A stretch of DNA of 64,000 bases from Pseudomonadota bacterium (GCA_022571365.1 JACZXZ010000003.1:2301-66300); one strand, 5' to 3'; counted from the first letter of the stretch, positions 18,016 through 28,954 are shown. Made by a program: numbers and translations. The notes: a model not told the origin generated them from the letters alone.

Positions 18016-20019
18016 TCAGACATCCAAATCGCGCACGAACTTCGCCTTCTCCTGGATGAAGGCGAGGCGCAGCTCGGGCCTGCGGCCCATGAGGCTCTCG
18101 ACCAGCTGGGCGGTCTCCCTGGCCGCTTTTGCCTCCCCCTTGTTGGCCGGGTCGGGAATGACCACGCGCAAGAGGCTGCGGCGCTGCGGGTCCATGGTGG
18201 TCTCGCGGAGCTGCGCCGCCGGCATTTCGCCCAGGCCCTTGAAGCGGCTCACCTCGACCTTGCCTTGGCCGCGGGCCTTTATCAGCTCGTCCTTGTGCGC
18301 CTCGTCGCGGGCGTAGACGATCTCGGCGCCCTGGGTCAGGCGGTACAGCGGCGGCAGGGCGAGATAAAGGTGCCCGTTCTCGATCAGCTTGGGCATCTCC
18401 TTATAGAAGAAGGTGAGCAGCAGCGAGGCGATGTGGGCGCCGTCCACGTCGGCGTCGGTCATGATGATCACCCGCTCATAGCGCAGCTTGTCCTCCTCGT
18501 ATTGCGCGCGGGTGCCGCAGCCCAGGGCCTGGATCAGGTCGGACAGCTCCTGGTTGGCGTAGAGCCGTTCGGGCGTCGCGCTGACGACGTTCAGGATCTT
18601 GCCCCGCAAGGGCAGCACCGCCTGGACCTCCCGCTGGCGCGCCTGCTTGGCCGTGCCGCCCGCGGAGTCGCCCTCGACCAGGAACAGCTCGGTGCCCTCG
18701 GCGGTGCTGCGGGTGCAGTCGGTGAGCTTGCCCGGCAGGCGCAGCTTGCGTGTGGCCGACTTGCGCATGAGCGCGCGTTCCTGGCGCCGGCGCCGGCGCT
18801 CTTCCGAGCGCGCGATGACCCGGGTCAGGAGGGCCTGCGCCGCCTGGGGGTCGTCGGACAGCCAGTGATCGAAGTGGTCCTTGACCGGGGCCTCGATCAG
18901 CCGGCTGGCCTCGGGCATGCCGAGCCGTTCCTTGGTCTGGCCTTGGAAGTGGGGGTCCTGGATGAACAGCGAGAGCATGATGTAAGCGCCGTCGACCACG
19001 TCCTCGGCCACGATCTGGGCCGCGCGCCGGTTGCCGACGAACTCCCCATAGGCCTTCATGCCCCGGGTCAAAGCCGCTCGCAAGCCTGACTCGTGGCTGC
19101 CGCCCTGGGGCGTCGGCACGGTGTTGCAATAGGAGTCGAAGAAGCCGTCCTCGGCCTCGGGCCAGCACACCGCCCATTCCACGTAGCCGGCGCCCCCCGT
19201 GAACTTGGCCAGGCCGGCAAAGGGGCGGGGGGTGATGGTGGCCCGTCCATCGAGGCTGGTCGCCAGATAGTCGCTAAGCCCGCCCGGGAAGTGCAGCCGG
19301 TCGCGCTCCGGCACGGCGCCGTCAAGCAAGCTCGCCTCGCAGGACCAGCGGATCTCGACCCCGCGGAAGAGATAGGCCTTGGACCGCGCCATGCGGTAGA
19401 TGCGCTCCGGGCGGAATTGCATGGCCTCGCCGAAGATCTTGGGGTCGGGATGGAAGATGATCGTGGTGCCGCGGCGGTTGTGGACGGCGCCTTGCATCTT
19501 GAGCGCGCAGCTCGGCTTGCCCCGGCTGTAGCGCTGGGTCCAGAGCTTGCGCCCGCGCGCCACCTCGACCACAAGCCGGTCCGAAAGCGCGTTGACCACC
19601 GACAGGCCCACGCCGTGCAGGCCGCCGGCCGTGCGGTAGACCTTGTCCGAGAACTTGGCGCCCGAGTGGAGCATGGTCAGGATCACCTCGAGCGCCGACT
19701 TGTCCTTGAACTTCGGGTGCGGATCGACGGGGATGCCGCGGCCGTTGTCCTGCACGGTGACGGTGCCGTCGGCCGCGAGCGCGATATCGATACGGCTCGC
19801 ATGACCGGCGATGACCTCGTCCATGGCGTTGTCCAGGACCTCGGCGACCAGGCGGTGCAGCGCCGGCTCGTCGATGCCGCCGATAAACATGCCGGGCCGG
19901 CGGCGGACCGGCTCCAGCCCCTCGAGCACCTCGATGTCCCGGGCGGAATAGTCCGCTTTCTTGTCTTTCCTGTCTTTCTTGTCCGGGGCCGGGTCGAAAA
20001 GATCTGGCATGAGGGCCAT
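18016..20019 (-). CDS. parE: DNA topoisomerase IV subunit B
   Basis: GHKL ATPase motifs EVLDNAMDE, DNGRGIP and GLHGVG. The TOPRIM region has ELFLVEGDSAGG and PLRGKILNV. At 667 aa it lacks the GyrB-size insertion, so I call it ParE rather than GyrB. Confidence 0.85.
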   Translation of the reverse strand: MALMPDLFDPAPDKKDRKDKKADYSARDIEVLEGLEPVRRRPGMFIGGIDEPALHRLVAEVLDNAMDEVIAGHASRIDIALAADGTVTVQDNGRGIPVDPHPKFKDKSALEVILTMLHSGAKFSDKVYRTAGGLHGVGLSVVNALSDRLVVEVARGRKLWTQRYSRGKPSCALKMQGAVHNRRGTTIIFHPDPKIFGEAMQFRPERIYRMARSKAYLFRGVEIRWSCEASLLDGAVPERDRLHFPGGLSDYLATSLDGRATITPRPFAGLAKFTGGAGYVEWAVCWPEAEDGFFDSYCNTVPTPQGGSHESGLRAALTRGMKAYGEFVGNRRAAQIVAEDVVDGAYIMLSLFIQDPHFQGQTKERLGMPEASRLIEAPVKDHFDHWLSDDPQAAQALLTRVIARSEERRRRRQERALMRKSATRKLRLPGKLTDCTRSTAEGTELFLVEGDSAGGTAKQARQREVQAVLPLRGKILNVVSATPERLYANQELSDLIQALGCGTRAQYEEDKLRYERVIIMTDADVDGAHIASLLLTFFYKEMPKLIENGHLYLALPPLYRLTQGAEIVYARDEAHKDELIKARGQGKVEVSRFKGLGEMPAAQLRETTMDPQRRSLLRVVIPDPANKGEAKAARETAQLVESLMGRRPELRLAFIQEKAKFVRDLDV

Positions 20020-20122
20020 TTATAGAGGTCCCTTCTGCCTCTTTCCAAACAATTACAGCATAAAGTATTGTCGGCAAGGCTTAATCACAAGATATAGTGT
20101 AGTGAGCGAAGAGGGAGGCACC

Positions 20123-20512
20123 ATGGCTGAGAGGCGTGAAACCCCGCGCGGCGAGCTCGCGATCCGGACCCTGGCGATGCCCGCCGACACCAACCCGAGC
20201 GGCGATATTTTCGGCGGCTGGGTGTTGTCCCAGATGGACATCGCCGGCGGCATCACCGCCCAGGCCCGGGCGCACGGCCGGGTGGTCACGGCGGCCGTCG
20301 AGGCCATGAGCTTCCACCGTCCGGTGTATGTCGGGGACGTGCTGTGCTGTTACGCCGAGATTCTGCGCATCGGCCGCACCTCCATGACCACCCGCGTCGA
20401 GGCCTGGGCGCTCCGCCGCGGCGAGGGGAAGCGGGTCCAGGTGACCGAGGGGGTCTTCACCTATGTGGCCCTCGACGATGAGGGCCGGCCCCGCCCGGTG
20501 CCGGAGGCGTGA
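20123..20512 (+). CDS. acyl-CoA thioesterase (hotdog fold, YciA-like)
   Basis: The ATG at 20123 is preceded by GAGGGAGG. MPADTNPSGDIFGGWVLSQMDIAGG...TSMTTRVEAW is typical of YciA-type thioesterases. Confidence 0.8.
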   Translation: MAERRETPRGELAIRTLAMPADTNPSGDIFGGWVLSQMDIAGGITAQARAHGRVVTAAVEAMSFHRPVYVGDVLCCYAEILRIGRTSMTTRVEAWALRRGEGKRVQVTEGVFTYVALDDEGRPRPVPEA

Positions 20513-20715
20513 TCGGAAGATCGGGCCGCGGCGGGCCCCTGCTGCAAAAACCTCCTCCCCTTTAAAATCCTTCCCCCTTGAGGAGGAGGGATTGGGTAGG
20601 GGTGCCTCCCAAGGCCCTGCCCGGCTACGGTCGCCGGTGCCCAGGGGTCGCCCGCGATGAGCTCCATTTTGCCCGGTGCGCCGCCGCCCGCCGGGGCCCG
20701 GCGCCCGGCTTACGT

Positions 20716-20814
20716 CCCGCTCAGCCGTGGGTAAAACCGGTGCCGGTGCGGTCCCCGGGGTCGGGCTCGAGGCCCAGATAGGTCTTGCGCAGATGGTCCC
20801 ACATGGCGAGGCGC
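20716..20814 (-). pseudogene. 99-bp remnant duplicating the 3' end of gene 22683..23279
   Basis: It matches 22678-22776 with only 3 mismatches. It encodes ...RLAMWDHLRKTYLGLEPDPGDRTGTGFTHG* but has no upstream coding continuation. Confidence 0.8.
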
Positions 20815-20891
20815 TGAACGCCCGTCGGTTGGCGGGTTCACCACCATGACCGGCGAATCGGCAACCGCGGTCGGCGTCGCCCAGGGGTTCG

Positions 20892-21815
20892 TCAAGCTGG
20901 GCGCGATCCGGACTCCCGCTTCGCCTCGGCGAGGATCCACGCGCGGAACGCGGCCACCTTGGGGCGGTCGGCGGCGGCCTCGGGCGCGACGACGTAATAG
21001 GCGAAACGGATCGGCAGGCTCAGCGTGAAGGGTTTGCAGAGCCGGCCGGCGGCGAGATCATCGGCGACCAGCACCGAGCTTGCGAGCGCCACCCCGTGGC
21101 CCTCGATCGCCGCCTGCACCACCATGCTTTCCTGGCTGAACTTGGGTCCGCGGGTCGGTTCGACGCCCTCCACCCCGGCGGCCAACAGCCACATGCGCCA
21201 GTTCGGCCAGGTCTCGTCCTGGGTGCGCCAATCGACGTGCAAGAGGGTGTGGTGGCGCAGATCGCCCGGCTCGCGTAAGGGCGGCGGTCCCTCGCACAGC
21301 TTGCGGCTGCACACCGGGAACACCTCCTGGGCGAACAGTTGATCGACGCGCAGGCCCGGGTAGCGGCCGGGTCCGTAACGGATCGCCACGTCGATGTCCT
21401 CGCGGGCGAAGTTGGCGAGCCGGTCGGTGGCGTCGATGCGCAGGTCGATGTCGGGATGCGCCGCGCGGAAGCGGTCGAGCCGCGGCACCAGCCACTTGGC
21501 GGCGACCGAGGGGCCGACGCTCACCGCAAGCGTGCCGCCCTCGCACTCGGCGCGCACCTTGTCCGCGGCCTCGGCGAGCCGGTCGAAGCCGTCGCGCAGG
21601 CCCGGAAGGAAGAGCTGGCCGGCATCGGTCAGCATCAGCGCCCGGTTGAGCCGGCGGAACAGCGTCACCCCGAGCTGCTCCTCGAGCGCCTTCACCTGGT
21701 GACTGACCGCCGCGGGGGTGACGTTGAGCTCGTCCGCGGCCTTGGTGACGCTCAGGTGCCGCGCCGCGGCCTCGAAGGCGCGCAAGGCGTTGAGCGGGGG
21801 TAGCTTCCGGGTCAT
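20892..21815 (-). CDS. LysR-family transcriptional regulator (GcvA/AmpR-like)
   Basis: N-terminal HTH: LPPLNALRAFEAAARHLSVTKAADELNVTPAAVSHQVKALEEQLGVTLFRR. The 307-aa length is typical of LysR regulators. Confidence 0.9.
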   Translation of the reverse strand: MTRKLPPLNALRAFEAAARHLSVTKAADELNVTPAAVSHQVKALEEQLGVTLFRRLNRALMLTDAGQLFLPGLRDGFDRLAEAADKVRAECEGGTLAVSVGPSVAAKWLVPRLDRFRAAHPDIDLRIDATDRLANFAREDIDVAIRYGPGRYPGLRVDQLFAQEVFPVCSRKLCEGPPPLREPGDLRHHTLLHVDWRTQDETWPNWRMWLLAAGVEGVEPTRGPKFSQESMVVQAAIEGHGVALASSVLVADDLAAGRLCKPFTLSLPIRFAYYVVAPEAAADRPKVAAFRAWILAEAKRESGSRPA

Positions 21816-21819
21816 CGCG

Positions 21820-21849
21820 TCAGTTGAGAATTTCTAAAGTGTCAACTGA
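21820..21849. promoter_or_regulatory. inverted repeat TCAGTTGA-N14-TCAACTGA in the divergent LysR/DUF1127 intergenic region
   Basis: The arms at 21820-21827 and 21842-21849 are exact reverse complements. They lie directly upstream of the LysR start at 21815. Confidence 0.35.
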
Positions 21850-21961
21850 GAAATGATCGTTTGTCAATTCGCCTGTCGGACCGTACTTCATAGGCAACAG
21901 GCAATTGAGAGCATCGTTATTCGATATAGCGCTGTTTTAGCGAAAAGACAAGGAGACGACG

Positions 21962-22327
21962 ATGAACCCGTACATGATTTTGCCCAGAACGAACAAGCCG
22001 GCGGTGAACGGCCCGGTGGACGAGGCGATCAGCGTCTACGCTTACAAGGCCGTGAACGCGGTGGCCGAACTGGTGGAAAATACGGTCGACGCTCTGCGCG
22101 CGTGGCGCCAACGGCGTGCGGCAATCGCCGAGCTGTCGCAGCTCGACGACCGCCTGCTGAACGACATCGGCATCGATCGCAACGAGATTCGCGCCGTCGT
22201 CAACGGGATGCTGAGCCGGCCGTCAGCGCGGACGTATCGTCCAGCGCCGGCCCTGCATGTCGTCTCCGCCCCCGATCCGGCGCGGCCGGCGGCCGACAAC
22301 GACAACGAATACGCCGACGTCGCCTGA
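21962..22327 (+). CDS. DUF1127 domain protein
   Basis: RRAAIAELSQLDDRLLNDIGIDRNEI matches the DUF1127 signature (L..LDDR.L.DIG..R..I). An AAGGAGA RBS is present. A strong terminator lies 70 nt downstream. Confidence 0.8.
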   Translation: MNPYMILPRTNKPAVNGPVDEAISVYAYKAVNAVAELVENTVDALRAWRQRRAAIAELSQLDDRLLNDIGIDRNEIRAVVNGMLSRPSARTYRPAPALHVVSAPDPARPAADNDNEYADVA

Positions 22328-22395
22328 CGCCACCGATCACCACTCGCCGTCTTGCCCCGGAGCCTTCCGCCTCCCACGCCTCGCCTCCGCACCTT

Positions 22396-22426
22396 CGCCC
22401 CGCGCTCTGCGGGGCGCTTTTTTTTT
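22396..22426 (+). terminator. rho-independent terminator
   Basis: The stem is CGCCCCGC (22396-22403) paired with GCGGGGCG (22409-22416), with loop GCTCT. It is followed by C and T9 (22418-22426). Confidence 0.85.
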
Positions 22427-22456
22427 CGTCAAGAGCACGAGTTTGTGCTTGCTGCG

Positions 22457-22648
22457 CCACCACATCGAGCCGGCGGAGATGGGGATGTTCCCGCCGGTGA
22501 TGCCGAGCGATTCGTCGCGGCACAGGAAGACCACGAAGTTGGCGGTCTCTTGCGATTTGATCAGCCGCTTCTGCGGGTAGCTCTCGGCGACCTCGAACGG
22601 TATTCCCTGCGTCCCGGCAACCGTGTACTCCAGGAGAGCCTCGCCCAT
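22457..22648 (-). pseudogene. C-terminal fragment of a short-chain dehydrogenase/reductase (SDR)
   Basis: ...PQKRLIKSQETANFVVFLCRDESLGITGGNIPISAG resembles the SDR C-terminus (PEEIA.AV.FLASD.S.YITGQ...VDGG). The Rossmann N-terminus and the catalytic YxxxK region are absent. Confidence 0.5.
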
Positions 22649-22682
22649 CTGTTGACGCGCCCTGTGGCCCGCCCGCGCCCGC

Positions 22683-23279
22683 TCAGCCGTGGACGAAACC
22701 GGTGCCGGTGCGGTCCCCGGGGTCGGGCTCGAGGCCCAGATAGGTCTTGCGCAGATGGTCCCACATGGCGAGGCGCGACCAGTCGGGCTCGGCCAGCGGC
22801 TTGAGATCGTCGCTGAGGAACGGGTTCGGCAGGAACACCGTCATTTGCTGCTCGTCCTTGCCGTTGAACAGGCGCAGGCCCCAGCTGTTCGGGGTGCCGT
22901 CGGCCTGGAGCTGCCGGTAGAGCTCGGCCCGCGCCGTGCGCCGGTGGGCGGCCAGCGCCGGATCCACGGGATTCGCGGCACTGCCGCGGTGGGGTCCGAT
23001 GCAGATGTGGAAATGCCAGGCGCCGAAGTCGATGGTGGCGTAGCCGTCGGAAAGCGAGATCCTGCGCGGCGCGCCTGGCGCCCGGATCTCCCAGGCGGCG
23101 CCCTGGATCAGGGGCCCGAAGTGGATGACCTGCCAGTAGTTCTCGAAGATGTCGCGCAGAAGCGCGAACAACCTGTCCTCCGAGGTGTCGAGGGGGAACA
23201 GCTCGAGGGTGCCCCTACCGGCCTCGACCACTTTCTGGGGGATTGTCCCCATGGCTCGCCCCGCGTATTTGGCCGACAC
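22683..23279 (-). CDS. conserved-looking hypothetical protein (family not recognised)
   Basis: 198-aa ORF with balanced composition (…FENYWQVIHFGPLIQGAAWEIRAPG…GAWHFHICIGPHRGS…). Its last 30 codons are duplicated at 20716-20814. Confidence 0.65.
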   Translation of the reverse strand: MSAKYAGRAMGTIPQKVVEAGRGTLELFPLDTSEDRLFALLRDIFENYWQVIHFGPLIQGAAWEIRAPGAPRRISLSDGYATIDFGAWHFHICIGPHRGSAANPVDPALAAHRRTARAELYRQLQADGTPNSWGLRLFNGKDEQQMTVFLPNPFLSDDLKPLAEPDWSRLAMWDHLRKTYLGLEPDPGDRTGTGFVHG

Positions 23280-23285
23280 CTTTAC

Positions 23286-23321
23286 TATCTTACCAGTACT
23301 ATCTTACCAGCGTATCTTACC
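23286..23321 (-). promoter_or_regulatory. three direct repeats of TATCTTACC at 13-14 bp spacing, just upstream of gene 22683..23279
   Basis: Copies lie at 23286-23294, 23300-23308 and 23313-23321. They begin 7 nt upstream of the start codon at 23279. Confidence 0.3.
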
Positions 23322-23614
23322 GGCGATTAGCGACCGTGCCGGGCGCGGACCGCGCGCTGGCTTGGAGCGACGCTCCCATCTCGACTCGCGCCGCCGTGAA
23401 TTTGGGGATGCGACCGCCTTTAGGGCCGCGGGAACGCCACCCGCTCGAGCCCAATAGTTATGCTCGTCTTCCAGAGGATGACGGCGCCGGCGTCTCCGGA
23501 AAACCGCGGGCTTGCCTCCAAGAAGCCTATCGGGTCCGGTCCACTCTCCGCAGTAGCCCTGCTACGGAGGACGAGCTCAGATAGGAGTTAATCTAAAATA
23601 CTAAGAATTTCTTA

Positions 23615-25024
<1,410 letters not shown>

Positions 25025-25218
25025 GATTCGCGTTCCCGTGATGGCCGTTGGACGGAGCGCAAACGGCTGCGCCGCCGGTGAGCCCCTTAATACCCCACAA
25101 CACCGCTCATGCAAACAAGAGGGCGGATCGGTAGTGAGTCAGTTTGAGAATCGCTGTCCTTGACAATGACTGGCATCCAAGCTGCCCCGATGGGGTCCGG
25201 GGGACGCCCGCCATCCTC

Positions 25219-25310
25219 AGGTGATGGCCTCGGATCCCAGATGTCGTAGTAGAGCAGGTGATGGCCCCGGGTCCCAGATGTCGTAGTAGAGTTAGATGTC
25301 GTAGCAGAGG
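25219..25310. repeat. 37-bp tandem duplication (2 copies plus an 18-bp partial)
   Basis: The unit AGGTGATGGCC(T/C)CGG(A/G)TCCCAGATGTCGTAGTAGAG(C/T) occupies 25219-25255 and 25256-25292. The partial copy TAGATGTCGTAGCAGAGG occupies 25293-25310. Confidence 0.85.
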
Positions 25311-25507
25311 TGGAACTCATAGGGATGCGGGCGCAGGCGCACCGGCTCCACCTTGTTTTCCCGCTTGCAGCTCAGCCCCATGTCGAGCACGTCGCGCGTG
25401 GCCACGTCTGCTTTAAGCAGGAACTCGTGGTCCGCCTCGAGCGCGTCCAGCACCTCCTCGAGTGATCCGGGGGTGGACTCTGCCTGGTCCGCCTCCTCGG
25501 GCAGGCG
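25292..25507 (-). pseudogene. 3'-terminal remnant of a second, diverged glutamine synthetase gene
   Basis: Own translation: RLPEEADQAESTPGSLEEVLDALEADHEFLLKADVATRDVLDMGLSCKRENKVEPVRLRPHPYEFHLCYDI*. It aligns with the C-terminus of the intact GlnA, ...[58 protein letters not shown]. An in-frame TAG lies upstream and there is no start codon. Confidence 0.6.
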
Positions 25508-25549
25508 CTATTCCACGCGCTTGGCCCCCGCGGCCTCGCCTAGCCGAGC

Positions 25550-25933
<384 letters not shown>

Positions 25934-26217
25934 TCAAGGTTATAGATATGCAAGGCGCGTGCCAACCGGAGCCGATCACCGAAGCCGGCGCCTTTGGGGG
26001 CCGGCGGCGACCGCCGCATGGACCGGCCGGGGATGCCGTGCCCGAGAAATGGGCGTCTTGCCGAAATAACGGGCAGGCGTGTCTTCATCCGGTCCTTAGG
26101 CCATCGAGCCGGCTCTTTCCCTCCCCCCGGCGGAAGAGGATCGGCGGCCGATGAACCCCCGCGCCGGCAGGCGCTTGACGCGCCCGCGCCTTGCGTTTAC
26201 ACCGGGCGTCGTCTCGT

Positions 26218-26295
26218 GGCGGGTGTAGCTCAGTTGGTTAGAGCGCCAGATTGTGGATCTGGATGTCGCGGGTTCAAGTCCCGTCACTCGCCCCA
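26218..26295 (+). tRNA. tRNA-His (anticodon GUG)
   Basis: Hand-folded. G-1 (26218) pairs with C73. The acceptor stem is GCGGGTG/CACTCGC, the D arm GCTCAGTTGGTTAGAGC, the anticodon stem-loop CCAGATTGTGGATCTGG and the T arm GCGGGTTCAAGTCCCGT. The CCA end is encoded. Confidence 0.9.
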
Positions 26296-26683
26296 ATTTT
26301 TCAATCTGTTGGCAGGAATAGGCGATCTTTTCATTCGGGCTATGCCATCGGGGGTAACGCTCGGGGTAACACGCGCGCAAGAACATGGAGCCACAGGGAT
26401 TCGTGCAACAGACCCTTGTCCAGATCATTGCCGGTGTGAAGGCTGCCCAAACTGAAACTGGAGCGGGAGAGGATGAGCGCGTTGTCGGAGCGGCCAATCC
26501 ACAGCTTTCGATGCCGGGAGGAAAGGATGTCACGAAGCATGGGCAAAGAGCCGCGCGCGAGGCGGGGCGGATAACGCTGTTAGTGGACCGATTCCGTAGA
26601 TGGCGGTCGCTTCGCCAGAAGCCCCTCGACCGCCCTCATCACCCTCAGCCACAGCGCCAGCCAGCCTTGTAGCCTGCCTTGCG

Positions 26684-27178
26684 TTAGAACTTCTTCAAGC
26701 CCTCAATATTCAGCGTATTCAAGAGCGCCCACGGCGTAACCGACATGGTGCCGGCGGGATCGTTCTTGACCTGCACTATCCAGGTGCCGCCGTCGGAGCA
26801 AACTGCCGTCCAGTAGCCGGTGCTGTCGCGGTCGCTGCCTTTGAACAAGATCGCCGTGACATTCGGGCACGAGTAGCCGGCGCCGATGATGGCAGCTCGC
26901 AGAATGCGCTCCTGTTCGGGATGCGACTGCGACATCAGCGTCTCGTACTGAGCAGCCGTGGCAGTGCTCGCCGCCATGGCGAGCACTGCCGCTGCGACCA
27001 AGACAAAGCCCCTCGCTACGTTCCCTACGCGGCGCACGGCATCGAAAAACGCGCGTCGGATTTCTGACTCCAGGTGGTCGATGATCTCTAAGATATTCAC
27101 GCTAGCCATTTTCATTATCCCGAAACCGAGAGAGTTGACGACGAGCCCCCCAACCTTGTGACCCCAGGTGTGCCCCAA
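26684..27178 (-). CDS. hypothetical protein with an internal signal/TM segment
   Basis: The ORF lies in an A/T-richer block and contains the hydrophobic stretch GFVLVAAAVLAMAASTATAAQ. No family was recognised and the start is uncertain (internal M at MKMASV). Confidence 0.4.
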   Translation of the reverse strand: MGHTWGHKVGGLVVNSLGFGIMKMASVNILEIIDHLESEIRRAFFDAVRRVGNVARGFVLVAAAVLAMAASTATAAQYETLMSQSHPEQERILRAAIIGAGYSCPNVTAILFKGSDRDSTGYWTAVCSDGGTWIVQVKNDPAGTMSVTPWALLNTLNIEGLKKF

Positions 27179-27333
27179 GGCTGATGAAAATACTTCCTTT
27201 CGCCCCCCAGCGGGCGCGGGAGGGTGGCGTTGTCTTCCGATGGCAGCCGCCAGCCACGCCGCCCGCCCCAGCTACCCTCTCATTCATTTTGGCCGAGAAA
27301 ATGGACATTTCGGTGTCTCCCTTGGCCGAAGGC

Positions 27334-27744
27334 CTAGCGGTGGAATGAAATTTCGAACTTCCCGGCCATATCGCCCACGGAGAGCACGGGGCGACCATCC
27401 CGCCCCACGATCCGAACCATGACAGGCCGCCCCGTGGGCTGGGCGGCGCGCCAGAGATGATAAAGTTTGCTCGCCTCGTTCACCTGGCTTATGGGGCGTG
27501 TTTTCGGCCAATTCTTCGCCACCTCGATCTCGACGATGCCGTTGCCGAGATCACGTGCGTCGATGTAGAGCCGCTCGCCGGTTTTCGCCTCGACGCGGCT
27601 CGCAAGCTCGTTAAACGCCGCAAGAAAACCATCGAACTCCGGGCTTCCCGCTGTTGCCCATGAGGGTGCATGGAACAGAGTGATGACCAGGACGAGCGCG
27701 AAGCTGGCGGGGCCTGACATCTTCCTAAACATGGCGCTCTCCAT
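27334..27744 (-). CDS. hypothetical secreted protein
   Basis: The leader MFRKMSGPASFALVLVITLFHAPSWA is followed by a non-repetitive 110-aa body. No family was recognised. Confidence 0.45.
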   Translation of the reverse strand: MESAMFRKMSGPASFALVLVITLFHAPSWATAGSPEFDGFLAAFNELASRVEAKTGERLYIDARDLGNGIVEIEVAKNWPKTRPISQVNEASKLYHLWRAAQPTGRPVMVRIVGRDGRPVLSVGDMAGKFEISFHR

Positions 27745-28204
27745 GACTCTAACCCGGCATTTCCAAGATGGGCTTTTCGGTTGCCACTAAATTAGAAGAA
27801 TTATCGTTGCGGGCGACCAACGGCGGCATTTCGCCTCTGACGGCACCCACGGCCAACCGAGCCGCCTTCGCCTCATGCCGGTCTAGGCCGATCAGCGATA
27901 AAATAAAAAAAAGCCTGCGCAAGGCGGGACTTGGAGTGTGTGGTCGCCGTTATACACAATGTGCGGCGTTGAGGGAAAAGGCGCCGAGCGCGTCAAGTGG
28001 CGGGATGCCTTGGCCCGCTGGGCGAACGGCCGACGCGATTCGACCGCCGCTTCATGTCCCTGGCCTGAGGCACGACATGGGCGCGAATGGCGGCGTGGAT
28101 GGGCGCCGCGTCGCCGTGCTTGCTTAATCTCTGAGCAGCCAGTCGAGGTAGCTCCGGCGCTACGGGTTATCCAAGGCACGCTTGGCCGGCCGGGAAAACC
28201 CCGG

Positions 28205-28954
28205 TCAGGCGATGGGCGGCGGCCGGCCCCGGTTCCACCGCTGCACGCCGACACCGATCAGCGCAAAGGCGCCGGCGATGCCGAGGAGCCAGTAGCCGGT
28301 CTCGACCATCGAGCGATCGGTCTTGGTCAGCCTCTCGATCACCTCGGCGTGGCTGACGAACGTTTGCTCGACGGTCAGTTTGAACGGGTTGTGCTCTTGG
28401 ATCTGCCAGATCGTCATCGGCCGGCCCGTACCGATCTCGGCGCCGTCGACCCAGATATCGATCGCAATCGCCGTGCGATCGCGCACGATGAGGTAGTTGG
28501 GATGGCTCGAAGGATACCGGAACTCGCCCTCCACGCCCTTGAGGGTGAAGTAGACCGAGGTCATCGCCGGCAGCATCGCCCCGGCGCTCGTCTTCGAGAT
28601 GTCGTCCCGGACGATGACAGTGGCGACCTCGCCGCTCACCTTTACCAGCTCGCTATCGTCGGGATAGCCCTGGGGCCACCAGACGGCGACGAACCCGACG
28701 GCCGCCAGGCCGGCCACGGCCGAAAGGAAGTAGTACGGCCACACCGGCAGCGGGCCGAGACGTTCACGCGATGGGGCCTGATCGAACAGCCAGCGTTCTC
28801 CCTGGAGTTTCGCGGAGTGGGATCCGCCCGATATTGCCCGGCATTTCCGAGATGGAACAGTCAGCGGCCGCGCGGGAACCCGAAGCGGCGGCCGAGGCCG
28901 TTTGCGAGAGCTTACCGCGAGCTTACGATACCCGGCAAGCAGCTTCGTCCTCAT
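28205..28954 (-). CDS. hypothetical two-TM membrane protein
   Basis: Hydrophobic helices WPYYFLSAVAGLAAVGFVAVWW and GYWLLGIAGAFALIGVGV flank a ~130-aa domain. The N-terminal 60 residues of the track ORF are Arg/Pro-rich, so the true start is probably internal. Confidence 0.4.
   Translation of the reverse strand: MRTKLLAGYRKLAVSSRKRPRPPLRVPARPLTVPSRKCRAISGGSHSAKLQGERWLFDQAPSRERLGPLPVWPYYFLSAVAGLAAVGFVAVWWPQGYPDDSELVKVSGEVATVIVRDDISKTSAGAMLPAMTSVYFTLKGVEGEFRYPSSHPNYLIVRDRTAIAIDIWVDGAEIGTGRPMTIWQIQEHNPFKLTVEQTFVSHAEVIERLTKTDRSMVETGYWLLGIAGAFALIGVGVQRWNRGRPPPIA

Noticed and set aside
20551-20586. CCTCCTC...GAGGAGG inverted repeat in a CCCCTT-rich spacer after the thioesterase gene, considered as a REP-like element or terminator
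   Set aside because: The arms are short (7 bp) with a 22-nt loop. There is no second copy in the window to establish a repeat family, and no U-tract.
26385-26672. 95-aa plus-strand ORF immediately after tRNA-His (MEPQGFVQQTLVQIIAGVKAAQ...), considered as an island gene or integrase fragment
   Set aside because: It has no integrase or recombinase motifs. The second half is Arg/Pro-rich low complexity, and there is no RBS. It is probably noncoding.
27905-27925. A-run (T8 on the minus strand) preceded by a GCCT/AGGC stem, considered as a terminator for the membrane-protein gene
   Set aside because: The stem is only 4 bp, and the site is about 280 nt downstream of the nearest stop codon. The evidence is too weak to annotate.
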